From Octopus sinensis (taxonomy: Eukaryota): DNA of 64,000 nucleotides. Below the pieces are notes generated by a model, which worked only from the letters and a program-made list of their open reading frames with translations, did no database searches and was not told the DNA's origin. This document shows positions 1 through 11,545 of the stretch, one piece after another. Where the stretch lies: assembly GCF_006345805.1 (NCBI RefSeq), contig NC_043001.1:90458001-90522000 (forward strand), written 5' to 3'. The position numbers were made by a program, and so were the translations under genes. Position 1 is the stretch's first letter; every line of letters begins with the position of its first letter.

Positions 1-429
1 GTCCAGCACAAGCAAATTCCACTTTAAATCAACTCATAGTACAGGTCATTCTTGCCTAAGCTTTACACGTGTGATGGTAAGAAGTAGATGGTCGTTCTGT
101 GAAACTCGTGAGCAATTTCACAGTCCGTGTTCTCTTCTTAGCTACGATGCAGCCTATTTAGGATGGTACTACTTTCCCTTGTGTGGGGAGAAGGCTAGAA
201 AACGTGCTCTAAAAATTGCTCACTCACACAATTCTGTCATTATACTGTGAATGACTGGACTTTCAACTATGCAATCGAAAAAATATAAAGAAGACAAAGG
301 GAAAAGGGTAGAGAAACAGATATGAGTATGGCAGCTTTGAATATATGCACACTTCAGGGCAACAAGAAGCATCCTGAATGCAAAACAGCACTTATAGCTC
401 GGTTTCTGAGAAGTAAAAATATTAGTATT

Positions 430-584
430 GCTTACATTATTTACATTATTTACAATTGACGGATATTTGTCCTCATCTTGTTGGTTGTTACCACAACGTT
501 TCGGCTGATATACCCTCCAGCCTTCACCAGGTGTCTTGGGGAAATTTCGAACCTGGGTTCTCATTCCTAAAGTATTTTTCGATG
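430..584 (-). mobile_element. PLE-like 3' terminal repeat fragment carrying a hammerhead-like motif
   Basis: Minus strand reads cac-CTGGTGA-A-GGCTG(gagggtatat)CAGCC-GAAA-CGTT-gtg, the layout of PLE-type minimal hammerheads. No coding remnant is attached, so the PLE assignment is inferred. Confidence 0.55.
492..533 (-). ncRNA. Type I minimal hammerhead-like motif (core A6 to G)
   Basis: Stem I CAC/GTG, core CTGGTGA, extra A, 5-bp stem II GGCTG/CAGCC, GAAA, palindromic AACGTT in place of stem III. Confidence 0.55.
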
Positions 585-1090
585 TAGCAGACATCAAAAT
601 AAAGCTAAAGATCAATGCACAAAATACCTATATTGACTTATTGAGAAATTTACAGATACTTCATCCGATCTACAAGTTTAGATTTAAGCTCATAATTATT
701 GGAGCATTTGGTTATTTAACAGACTGTCTCAGCACCAATTTTCTGAAATTAGAAATCTCAAAATTACAAAGGAGAAAGGTAATTAGAAGACTACAGATAC
801 AAGCCATCAAATGGAGCTGTCAAAATTTGTAGAAACTTTCCAGGAGTTTAACTTTGAAGTACCTATGCACGTGTATATGCATGCAAGTATATGTATGAGC
901 ATATATAAATAAAACATGCAGAGGTTCACATGTACTGATGCCAAAAGGTTGCACGTATACGTGCATGCATGCATGTACAAGTGCCGTGCTGATGTTGATG
1001 AAATTCCCAGAAAGGTGAGTGGGATCTAGGTTAGAGACCAGCTCTTTTACCATTGGTGAGAAATCTAGAAAAAAAAAGCAATTCTGCATA
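585..1090 (+). mobile_element. R4/Dong-type (RLE-encoding) LINE, 3' fragment: endonuclease C-terminus plus 3' UTR
   Basis: ADIKIKLKINAQNTYIDLLRNLQILHPIYKFRFKLIIIGAFG...RRLQIQ, then a frameshifted GAVKICRNF (stop at 849-851). Homologous to the minus-strand copy at 9611-9930. Its tail near 1045-1080 resembles 9303-9350. Confidence 0.75.
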
Positions 1091-1178
1091 CATATCTACC
1101 TATGTACCTACATACATATATATACAGAGAAATATGCATACATATACACACACAAACATATATTCATACCTGTGTGTG

Positions 1179-1223
<45 letters not shown>

Positions 1224-1844
1224 GCATGTGTACATCTATTGTTTTTTCATCGTATTTGTCTTTTGTTTTGCATTTTATAATTTCTAAGCTGCATCCAAGA
1301 TAATTTCTAGAATTTTCTTTCCTTCTGTATCTCCATCAATTATTTTCTTTACATTTTGGATACCATCTTAATGCCATAATTTCATGAAATACTGTAATTT
1401 CGTTCAACACACATGGCTCACCACCATATTTTACATCCGTACGTACACACACGCTCAAGGTGCTGCATACATACATACATACAAATCAAAACTACTTAAT
1501 TCCTAATTCTTCTTTTCCATTGAAAGAATTCCTCGGCCAAATGTCTGAAAAATTTCAAGCTCATTTCAACTTTACTAAATCTAATAACGATAATTGGTTA
1601 TCTTTCATTCTCTTGGCCTCACTTCTAATTTGTTTTCTTCGAGGCTTTCTTTTTACTTTTAGTTTTTTCTCCCCTTCTGTTCTTCGATTAGTCTCTCCTT
1701 CAACTTGACTATTGTTCGCCAGTTAATTCAAACGGCTACTTTTTGGTCATTTTACTTATATTTATTTTAACTATCTTTGAAGATTTTCTTCGGCCTCAGT
1801 TTCAGTTTCTTTTTACGTCTGTTTCTCGCGCAAATACACACATT

Positions 1845-2115
1845 CAAAAGTCCACACACACACACACATACACACAGGCATATACACACATATACACACA
1901 TACAAGTAACCACATTTCTTCTACCTCATCGCTCTCTTCCTCTTTCTTTCTTTCTCTCACACACACACACATGCAGACACTGACACACTTACACTCACAA
2001 ACACAGACACACGCATATACACACATACTTCTCTCACTCTTCCTCTTCTTTCACCTTCTCTCTTCTAGCAAGCACACAAATGCATAAATACATAACACAC
2101 ACAATATTATGCCCT

Positions 2116-2179
<64 letters not shown>

Positions 2180-2624
2180 GTTTTGAATCTCAACATTTTC
2201 TTTTCTGCAATTTTGCTTTCTTTTTCTTTTTCTCTTTCTTTTATATCCAATATTACCGTTCCAATCATCATATTAGAAATTCCATTTTTACTCCATTGGC
2301 GCCCATTCTCTCTACTTCATTATCATCTTTCCCCATCTCACTCTCTTCCAATCTCTACCTCTCTCCCTCCCTCCCCACCCTTCCTCTCAATCCCCACCAT
2401 TGTCTTCCTTTCACCATCGTATCTATTGTTCACCCTACCCTGAAGTTTCTTTTCTACATTTTCGGATATCCCTACTCCGTTCCCACCCCTCCAAATTATC
2501 CTTCAATTATGATTTCAGACAGAAAGATTGATTCCTAAACCGACCAAATAATGAAAATATCCGGGTGTACTTGTACTCACTCTCATTTTCTTTCTCTCCT
2601 TCTCCCCACTCTCTGAATACATAC

Positions 2625-2655
<31 letters not shown>

Positions 2656-2658
2656 CAT

Positions 2659-2692
<34 letters not shown>

Positions 2693-2725
2693 GCAAGCAC
2701 ACACACGCACACACACACACACACG

Positions 2726-2765
<40 letters not shown>

Positions 2766-2944
2766 CACACACATATATCTGAGTGTACTTGTACTCACTC
2801 TCTTTCTCTCTCCTTCTCTCTCCTCTCTGTATATATATATATATAAGATCAAATATATATATATATGTATGTATGTATATACATATGTATATGTGATATG
2901 TATATATATATGTGTGTATATATGTTATTATGTAGGTATATATG

Positions 2945-3004
<60 letters not shown>

Positions 3005-3020
3005 GTAAATTTATCTATCC

Positions 3021-3052
<32 letters not shown>

Positions 3053-3109
3053 GTCATAATATAGATCTACATCTTTGTATATATATGATAAACAATAAAC
3101 AGACCGCAA

Positions 3110-3171
<62 letters not shown>

Positions 3172-3175
3172 TATC
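1845..3175. repeat. Compound microsatellite tract: (CA)n, (CT)n, (CATA)n, (TA)n, (GATA)n
   Basis: Directly visible, e.g. (CT)n about 2115-2170 and (GATA)n about 3111-3171. Explains the ORF-track entries here. Confidence 0.95.
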
Positions 3176-3351
3176 AACTTAGGTGTGTGTATGTCCACAT
3201 AAATGCGTTAATATGTTGAAAGCCATGTCGTTAGTAGTGTATTCTCAGTGAATTAAATCAGCGACCATAGTTTCTTTTCCAGCTATAGTCTATTCCAAAC
3301 TTGATTTAGGTGTGAAATTCTGTCTTTACCTATTCCTCTCATCGAAACCAA

Positions 3352-3925
3352 CCTTTTCTCGGACAAGTCATCCTTTACCTTATTTCGAACCACCGGCCGA
3401 GTGGAGGCAGCCAAAAGAAGCATTTGACCCAGACTTCTTTCTTCCAACTGTTAAACATGGAGGAGATCTGTGATTATCAGCTGGGGTTATATCTTGGAAA
3501 TCCGCCGGCCCAATGGCTTCCCTTCATTACATAATTAACAGTCAAGACTAAGCATTTTATCTGATCAAATTCTTCCTGTGGTTGTGAAACTATTTCCGGA
3601 GGGAAACGCAATCTTTCAAGATGATAATGCACAAATTCACATAGCTAAAGTCGTTACTGAATGGCACGAGGAACATTCTAGCGAAGTTGAACATCTTATC
3701 TGGCCGCCACAGTCCCCAGATCTCAATATTATTGAACATCTATGGTGCATTTTAGAAAAACAAGTAAGGGGGCTCGATATCCTCCACCATCATCACTACA
3801 AGAACTGGAGACTGTTTTAGCTGAAGAGCGGACAAAAATTTCTTTGGAAACAATTAAAACTCTGTAGAATTCAAGCTGTTATTGCTGCCAAAGGCGGTGC
3901 TTCCCCATATTAAAATAAAAATGCT
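3352..3925 (+). mobile_element. Tc1-like transposase remnant, catalytic half (DD36E spacing)
   Basis: FSDKSSF, TVKHGG, FQDDNAQIH...WPPQSPDLNIIEHLW, terminal [12 protein letters not shown]. Frameshifted. Closely similar to 35190-35610. Confidence 0.9.
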
Positions 3926-3927
3926 TG

Positions 3928-3943
3928 ATATATATATAAACGT

Positions 3944-4012
<69 letters not shown>

Positions 4013-4236
4013 CATATACATATACATATACATATATATATACATACATATATATAATATATATATATGTGTGTGTGTGTGTATATATGTATATGTATAT
4101 ATATATGTGTGTGTGTATATATATGTATATGTATATTATTAATATATATACATACATATATATATATACATACATATACATATATACATGCATATATATA
4201 TATATATTAGAGAGATAGACAGACATACAGACAGAA

Positions 4237-4313
<77 letters not shown>

Positions 4314-4336
4314 CATATATATATACATACATATAT
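3928..4336. repeat. (TA)n-dominated microsatellite
   Basis: Directly visible. Confidence 0.95.
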
Positions 4337-5090
4337 ATTAAGGTATGTAGAAAAATACAACACGGACAAGACGTATAACTCATAGAGACGATACAATAAA
4401 CATGGACAGGACATTCGAACCCCTCAGTCTTCAGTCAAGAACGGATCATCGTAGTATTTCGGCTGATTAATCTTGAGATTACTACATCACGGCCAGCCCT
4501 CCAAGAAAAACTAAGCTGGAAGCGTAGATTTCCTGGAAGAAGGATCGAATGCATACGAACACCAGGACAGCAAAAGGGACAGATATAAAAAAAACAAAAA
4601 ACAATAATGGAATACAGAAACATGAAATACAGAAGCATTAACGGTGAAAACAACAAATGTCTTACGACTGATAACAAGCAAACAAATTTTTTCTCTGGCG
4701 CATTGGAAAAAGCCTTTATAGCGGCGGACGAAGAACAACGATGTTAACACGACGAGGGTCAGGAGCTGAAAGGCAGATTTCGGCCAACAGTCACGTGACA
4801 GAGAAGAGGGAAAAGAAAAGAAAGAGAAGCAAAGGAAGAGAGAGAGAGAAAAAGGGGGACAAAACGCACAAAGAGAGAGAAGAGAGAGAAAGAAGGAATC
4901 AGAGAGGAGAAGGGATGGGTGTCGAAGAATGACCTGTGAGTGCAGAGCGAGACAAAGAAATAGGAGGGTAGTGGAAGACTAGACCAAAGGATCAGAGGAA
5001 AGAGAAGATGAATAGAGAGAAAGTAAAAATGAGAGAGAGAGAGAGACAAACAGAGAGTCGTACCAATTATTAAGAATATGTGTTCACATT
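4337..5090 (-). mobile_element. Probable PLE-like 3' region (non-coding) between microsatellites
   Basis: Minus strand has two degraded hammerhead-like cores (CTGAAGA...TCGAA near 4410-4430; CCGTGATG...CAGCCGAAA near 4455-4495). Bracketed by a 65-bp identical direct repeat (4161-4225, 5118-5182). No coding remnant. Confidence 0.45.
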
Positions 5091-5193
5091 AATGATAAAT
5101 ATACATATATATATACATATATATACATACATATACATATATACATGCATATATATATATATATTAGAGAGATAGACAGACAGACAGAAAGAT

Positions 5194-5272
<79 letters not shown>

Positions 5273-5274
5273 CT

Positions 5275-5415
5275 TTACTATGTCTTCTGTTTCCTAAGAA
5301 GAGCCTTGCTCGAAACGTAAAGCAACCACACTTTCCTTCTCGGAGCGTTCTTAATACTTTGTATTACCACGTTCTCGCGACACTGTTTTTTTCTCTTGCT
5401 GTCTTTATTAATTAT
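5275..5415 (+). mobile_element. Solo PLE 3' terminus, same family as 34185-34325
   Basis: Colinear similarity with 34185-34325 over about 130 bp (gtttcc..gaagagc...gctc.aaacgt, gagcgt, taatacttt, attaa). Confidence 0.65.
5289..5323 (+). ncRNA. Minimal hammerhead-like motif (core G5 to T)
   Basis: GTTT-CCTAAGA-A-GAGC(ctt)GCTC-GAAA-CGTA-AAGC. Stem I GTTT/AAGC includes one G.U pair. Confidence 0.55.
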
Positions 5416-5465
5416 GTGTATATACATATTCGAAAATTTTTGCAAAAATAATTAACGATATCACA

Positions 5466-5718
5466 ATATTCAAAGAAATTCTCTTTCGAGTTTCTGACTA
5501 TTTCAAAAATATATTTAAAATCATTACTTAGAAAAACAGAATGTCAGCAATCTTTTTGAAAAGGCATTTTGGTATTGTATGCATTTCATGTGTGAACACC
5601 GTCGCTCAAAATACACACCATATGAAAACTTGCTTTCCAAAAACAGTTATGATATTTTGTTTTTTAAATAATTTTTGTAAATAGTTAATAACTTTTAAAG
5701 AAATCTTTCTTTGAATAT
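5466..5718. repeat. Degenerate AT-rich inverted repeat (old foldback or MITE-like element)
   Basis: ATATTCAAAGAAA at 5466 and its reverse complement ending at 5718, with patchy complementarity further inward. Confidence 0.4.
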
Positions 5719-6851
5719 ATAAATTCTTTTATTCTTTTATTTGTTTCAGTAGAGTTGCTGGAAAATGCATCATTATGAAACTACAATACGTACCGGAAAC
5801 ATAAATTGACTAATTAATCTATTTGATCATTAATGGTGAAACTCATAGGTATAGAGTTAACTGAGACTTTTTATTCATTCAAGTATCCTGCTCGCTTACA
5901 AGCAACGTGCAATAAGTAAGAATGTTTTTTCGTGGTTTGCGTTTTGATTGCCCTTTCTAGCCATGATCATTCCGTGTATTAATTATTATACACTAACACA
6001 ATTTTTAATCTTCGGATTTTTTAAATATGCTAAGCCACTGGTTTTAACTGATTAATATCAATTTCTACCCTTATTATTTAATTTCAAATAAAAAAAGTTC
6101 TCTAACTGGTAAATTGGCTGCTAAAATTTATTAACTGCAGAGTAATTTCCGACCTCAGTGCGCCTAAGTAGAGACATTTGGAAAAATACACCCAAATATA
6201 AATTGAAGAACTTTATACATAATCGATTTCGGTTGAGCTGTCTGTATCTAGTTCTGGAAATTGTGTTTTGTAAGCGACAGACTACGCTGACGATATTGCA
6301 GATATCTGCGTGTGTGCATACGTAGATATTAACAAGTGAAACCATTGGTAGGTAATGTTTTTTTTTATTTCGAATGTGTTCATTTGTCTTGCTCATTTTT
6401 ATATTTTGGCGTTTTGCTGAGATTTTTCTTGAGACCACATTCTTCGTGGTAATGGCGATTTGATGTCTATGTTTAGCATATTAAGTGTCCACTTAAGTGG
6501 TCATTCCTCTTAATTGTATACATACATATATAGATATATAATTATATAAATATAATTATAATTAAGGGTACTGTAGAGATACTACCATGCCAGAAATAGT
6601 AGTCAAAACTGACTCTAAAACCACATCATGCATTCATATATCACAGGTAAAAAGATAAATGAACAAAGAAATTAGCAAAAGATTAATGGTTAATCCCAGA
6701 TCGACGATTTCTGAATTAGTAATCAAATATTTTGCCCTCGTTAGTGGAAATATACCGAAATTAATACTTAATTACAAATACATATATATACAACATATGA
6801 GCTCGTATGTTGTATATACATATCCTTAATAATATTAATAATATACTTGTA

Positions 6852-6887
<36 letters not shown>

Positions 6888-6888
6888 C

Positions 6889-6936
6889 GTCTCCGATGAA
6901 GGGATATAATAGATATCCTAGAAACAGCTCTAAGAC
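6889..6936 (+). ncRNA. Minimal hammerhead-like motif, a separate PLE-like family
   Basis: GTCT-CCGATGA-A-GGGATAT(aatag)ATATCCTA-GAAA-CAGCTC-TA-AGAC. Stem I GTCT/AGAC, 6-bp stem II, stem III one change away from the palindrome CAGCTG. Confidence 0.6.
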
Positions 6937-7017
6937 CTTCTATTTATAAATGTTCTTGGGTTTTTTTATCTCATTACAAAAAGATTTATATATATATATA
7001 TGTGTGTGTGTGTGTAA

Positions 7018-7120
<103 letters not shown>

Positions 7121-7994
7121 CACAATATATATATATATATGTATTTATATATTGCTGATATTATGGCTCTTCGTTCATAGATATCTGGTTAAGTACACAA
7201 CACGAAAGCTATTTAAGTAATTTGTTATTTATTAAGTTACTTGTACTTCTTAATGACTTGTCGAATTAGTTCGGTTAGAAAATGTGTAAATGGTTCTCGT
7301 CTAAGTGTTGAGAAGTATTAGCTAAGCTTTAAGTAACATATATCAACGAAAACGTATCCATAAAAATACCGCATCATACTTGTACAAAGAACCGAGAAAT
7401 TCTTAATGAATTTCTGGGTGTATACTTGGCAATTAAAGTACATATGTTCTCAAATATAGAAAGTATGTCTTCTTATGCATGTCCATATCAGCAGAAAAGT
7501 ATTTTAGAAAATTATAAAAAATATTTTCCTGTTTAGACTTCATGGATTTATGTGTTCTGTGGTGTGTTATTTAATATATATGAATGTGGGTATATATATA
7601 TATATATCTTTATATCTATCTATATATGTGTGTGTGTGTGTGTGTGTATGTGTGTGTGTGTGTGTGTGTGTGTTACACAAATACAAATACAAAGATGAGG
7701 TTAAAAACAACGTATATACGCACATATACATATACTCGCATATATATGCGTGCATGTGTATGTTTGTGTGCACGTTTGCGTTTGTACGTGTTTATATGCA
7801 CGCCCGCGCGTGTGTGCGTGTGTGTTACTGATCTCACGCTAATTAGGATAATTTAATATCCGTAATTTTAAAAGTTAGAAGATAAGGTGAGAAAATTTGG
7901 AAATCTTCAAAACATGAAACATACGTCGGACGATTCTCCAGTTCTGAACTACCAAAGTAGCTGTGATTTATTTCTTACGTAATGCTGTGTTCCC

Positions 7995-8067
7995 GGGTAA
8001 TTAGCTCAAATGGTAGAGCGCTCGCTTAGCATGCGAGAAGTACAAGGATCAATACCCAGATTCTCCA
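7995..8067 (+). tRNA. tRNA-Ala(AGC): tRNA-Ala(AGC), degenerate; probable pseudogene
   Basis: 73 nt: GGGTAATTAGCTCAAATGGTAGAGCGCTCGCTTAGCATGCGAGAAGTACAAGGATCAATACCCAGATTCTCCA. Anticodon AGC at 8028-8030 (tRNA positions 34-36), G3:U70 pair, T6 run immediately downstream. One mismatch in the acceptor stem and two in the T-stem. Confidence 0.85.
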
Positions 8068-8459
8068 ATTTTTTAATTATATTATGCTATATATTTTCCA
8101 AGGTGCTGCCCCATTACAACTGCATCCCAGTGTCATAAGTAAAAGCTTGACAGGCACTAAATATATGTTTGATAAACATATTTTATTTGGTTTACTGTAC
8201 ATATTTAATCAAAGCAATATCTTACTTCTTTACTAATTAATACCCTCTGCAAGCAGTTATTACTATGCCAATAGAGTTGCACAAGTAATAGCTTGCTTTG
8301 TTTTTCAGATTTTTTTTCTTTAACTTCGATAGCTGGAACTTTAGATAAAAGGAGATAAATTGTAGTTCGAAGAACCACAAGATTGCTTCAATGATAAATG
8401 CATCTCTTTGTGTGCGTATGTGAATGTGTGCGTGCATGTGTGTGTGTGTGTGTGTGTGT

Positions 8460-8850
8460 GTGTTTGGCTAAGGAGCTTGCTGCAAAACTATGCGGCACTT
8501 TGAGTTCAATCCCACTGTGCGGCACTTTGGGCAAGTATTTTCTACTATAGCCCCAAGCCAACCAAGGCTTTATGGATGGATTTGATAGACGAAAACTGAA
8601 AAAATCCCGTCGCATGTGCGCGCGAGCGCGTGTGTCTCTTTGTGTTTGTGTTGCACTTGTGTCCCACCAACGCTTGATAATCGGTGTTGGTCTGTTTATT
8701 ACTCCGTAATGTAGCAGTTCGGCAAAAGACCCCGATAGAATAAGAGCCAAACTTTAAAAATAAGCACTGGGATCGATATGTTCGACTGTACATTTCAAGA
8801 CGGTGCTCCAGCATGGTCGCAGTCAAATGACTGAAACGAGTAAAGATAAA
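8460..8850 (+). mobile_element. SINE family A (tRNA-like head, internal microsatellite)
   Basis: gagttcaatccc B-box, ttgggcaagt body, gatagaataag...ccagcatgg...gactgaaac tail, all shared with other copies in this window. Confidence 0.85.
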
Positions 8851-9302
8851 CAAAGGTGAAGGAGATGTTTGTGTGTGTGACTTTACTTTCTTTTTAATTA
8901 TTAGAAGCCTTCCTACCTGAAAGAAGCTGATTTCCAACAAAGAAACGAAAGCTTCATCATTGAATTTGGATGACAACAGCAACTGTTACATGTTGAACTT
9001 TAGGAAAATCTTGCGTACTTTTATTATTCTTCTTACAGATTGTATCTAAAAGGTCCCTCTTGGTCGAACTCTTTGCTTCAAAATCCTAGCTTTTCCACAA
9101 TGTCACTTAGAAATTTATTAAAATCGCCAGCTGCGCTAATTTTCATTGATATAAATGCGAATATATAATCGAAGTAAAGAAGCTGCAGGCTCTGGCGCAA
9201 TTGTCTATATTCTCCTTTTCGCTGATTTTGAAAAAGATGTTCACATGCATGTATGTATGTATATATGTATATATGTATGTATGTATGTATATATGTATGT
9301 AA

Positions 9303-10165
9303 GTCATTATTCAGTTTATTTCAAGATTTCTTGCCAACAGAGAAAGAACGCAAAATACACCGCCGATAGTTGTTGTTGACAAACAACGGCAGTAATTTTA
9401 TTCAGCTGAATATTGATTGGTTGAAATTACCGAAATACGAGAACTTCAACACGAAATAACTTTATAAACATAAACTTTTCTCAAAAACGCTAAGAGTAAA
9501 AGGTGTTTTATATGACACATTCTACCAGTATACGAAGTTTGAAAGTGTTTAGTTACAAAAAATTATTTTTTAAATCTGTAGGTCAAAAGGTAAAGATCCC
9601 GAAAACAATATCACTTTTTAAACCTGAGAAAAGTCTTGCAAATTTTTACTGTTCCACTTACAAATTGTATATATAATGTGCGAGCTGGTTGATTTCTTTT
9701 TCTGATAGTCCAAGCTTATATAGACTGTCGATTAGACATTTACTCACAAAAACGAAGGGCACCAATTATTATTAGTATAAATACAAATTTGTAATCAGGA
9801 TATAGAGACTGGAGGTTTCGTGGCAGTTGTCCATAGCTTTCCTCTTTCACTTTGATTTTCAAAGAGATAGTCACATGAACAGGACAGCTGATCTCTATGA
9901 TGATACATACATTTTTTGTCTCCAACAACAATATCCGGCTGTCATGCTTTACACTTGACAGATGCTTTGGTGAGAATCTTCCACCAGTATTCCTTGCGTT
10001 GATGTTTTGTGTGCGTATTCAATAACGAGGATTCTCTATATTTATTCCAGGCCGGGTTTTCTTCCGGATGGCATTGTATATTGTTTTTACAACGTCATCG
10101 TTTCGCATATGGCGGGTGGGTAGTACCTTGGTGACATTTTGGGGAAGCTGCTAATCCCTTGTGAT
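9303..10165 (-). mobile_element. R4/Dong-type RLE LINE 3' fragment: zinc-knuckle end, RLE domain and 3' tail
   Basis: Minus strand gives ISSFPKMSPRYY, IIEISCPVHVTISLKIKVKEESYGQLPRNLQSLYPDYKFVFILIIIGAL and GTVKICKTFLRFKK* (stop 9611-9613), with frameshifts. Tail at 9303-9350. The stretch 9350-9600 may be a separate insert. Confidence 0.8.
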
Positions 10166-11147
10166 GTCTTCCACAGAAATATCATATAATCTTTATTTCT
10201 GGTGATATCCAAGGGTTTCACTGTCTCTTTTGTTGATTAAGTATTTAGTAGGAATCTCCTGTTCTTGGATTGCAAATATATAGCTATGCATGCATGTATG
10301 TATGTATGTATGTATATATGTATGTATGCATGCATGCATACGTGTACTTATATTTTGAGAAAGAATCAACGAAGTTTTGATTATACCGTAGCTAATAAGA
10401 TACAAATAAATTAAAATCGTAGTATTTCATTTATTTAACATGTATATTTCCACTATATCTTTCCACCCTAAAATGATTGTAGGAGAAGGAATATAGAATT
10501 GTTACCAAGTGTTAAGTTTTCAATGACTATTTAATTTAGTCTTGTTTATCCCGCCTTGAGCCCATGATCAAAGTCGTTCCAGTTTTTTTTTTGTTTTCAG
10601 GCTTCTAGTGTGTTCATTTTTTTAAAGACTTACAACATATAATTTGAGGGAGATTCTGCTACTGTTTCTCTCCCATGGGTTATTTCATTGTAATAAATCA
10701 ATTAACAAGAAATAATGATGGTTGTAAACGAAGATAATATTTCAGAACCTATTCACAATAATTAACGGGTAATTAAAGAAATTGGCCAATTAATTATCAT
10801 GCCATAATAGAAACCAATTGATTATTAGTCGAGGAAAATACATTGTCTACAAATAGAGAATATTCTTTTTGTGTTCACAAGGTTAATTCTTTATTTAATC
10901 AATAACTGAGATTCTTAAAATTTCTAAAACTTTTCAGAATAATTTTAAAAGTACATAATAGAACAAAGGATTATTTAATGAAATGTCGTATTAAAATGTT
11001 ATGAGAGTAATATTTTATTTTTACTGTACTGAAAATTCGTCCTTGAGGAAGATTTCAATGTCACACTAACTCATTTGCTTCCTTTATTCATACTAATTTG
11101 CTCCTATGGAAGAAATTAATTTTACAAATAACACTTTCCTATTTTAG

Positions 11148-11545
11148 ACAGAAGGCCGGCAATTTTGAGGAGAGGAGAAAGTCGATTACATCAACACCAG
11201 TGCTCAACCGGTACATACCAACCCCGAAAAGATGAAGGCAAAGTCTTGCTTGGCGGCACTTAAACTCAAACATAAAGTCGGGAGAAATGCTGAGAAGCCC
11301 AGCGCACTAACAATTCTGCCAGCTTGGCTCCTTATTAATTTTACTAATAATTTTTCCAGTTTTAGGAGAGTGGTAAGTCGATTACATCGACACCAGTGTT
11401 CAACTGGTAGTTATTCTATTATTTCCGAAAGGATGAAATGCAAAGTCTAGCTTAGTGACACTTGAACTCAGAACGAAAAACCAGGAGAGATGCTGATGGG
11501 CCTTTTATCCAACGCGCAAACGATTCTGCCAGCTTGCCTCCTTAT
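11148..11545 (-). mobile_element. SINE family B, two head-to-tail copies
   Basis: Each copy has the gtcgattacatc..cacc/cagtg..aaggatgaa..gcaaagtc..gaactca..attctgccagc pattern. Confidence 0.85.

Noticed and set aside
322-400. MSMAALNICTLQG, faintly like the start of an APE endonuclease
   Set aside because: Only one weak motif; the later APE motifs are absent.
2565-2802. 20-bp direct repeat GTGTACTTGTACTCACTCTC read as a TSD or paired splice donors
   Set aside because: The sequence after each copy is also similar, so a small local tandem duplication within microsatellites is the simpler explanation.
4790-4799. GTCACGTGAC (CLEAR/USF-type E-box)
   Set aside because: A single short motif inside a probable mobile element, with no other promoter evidence.
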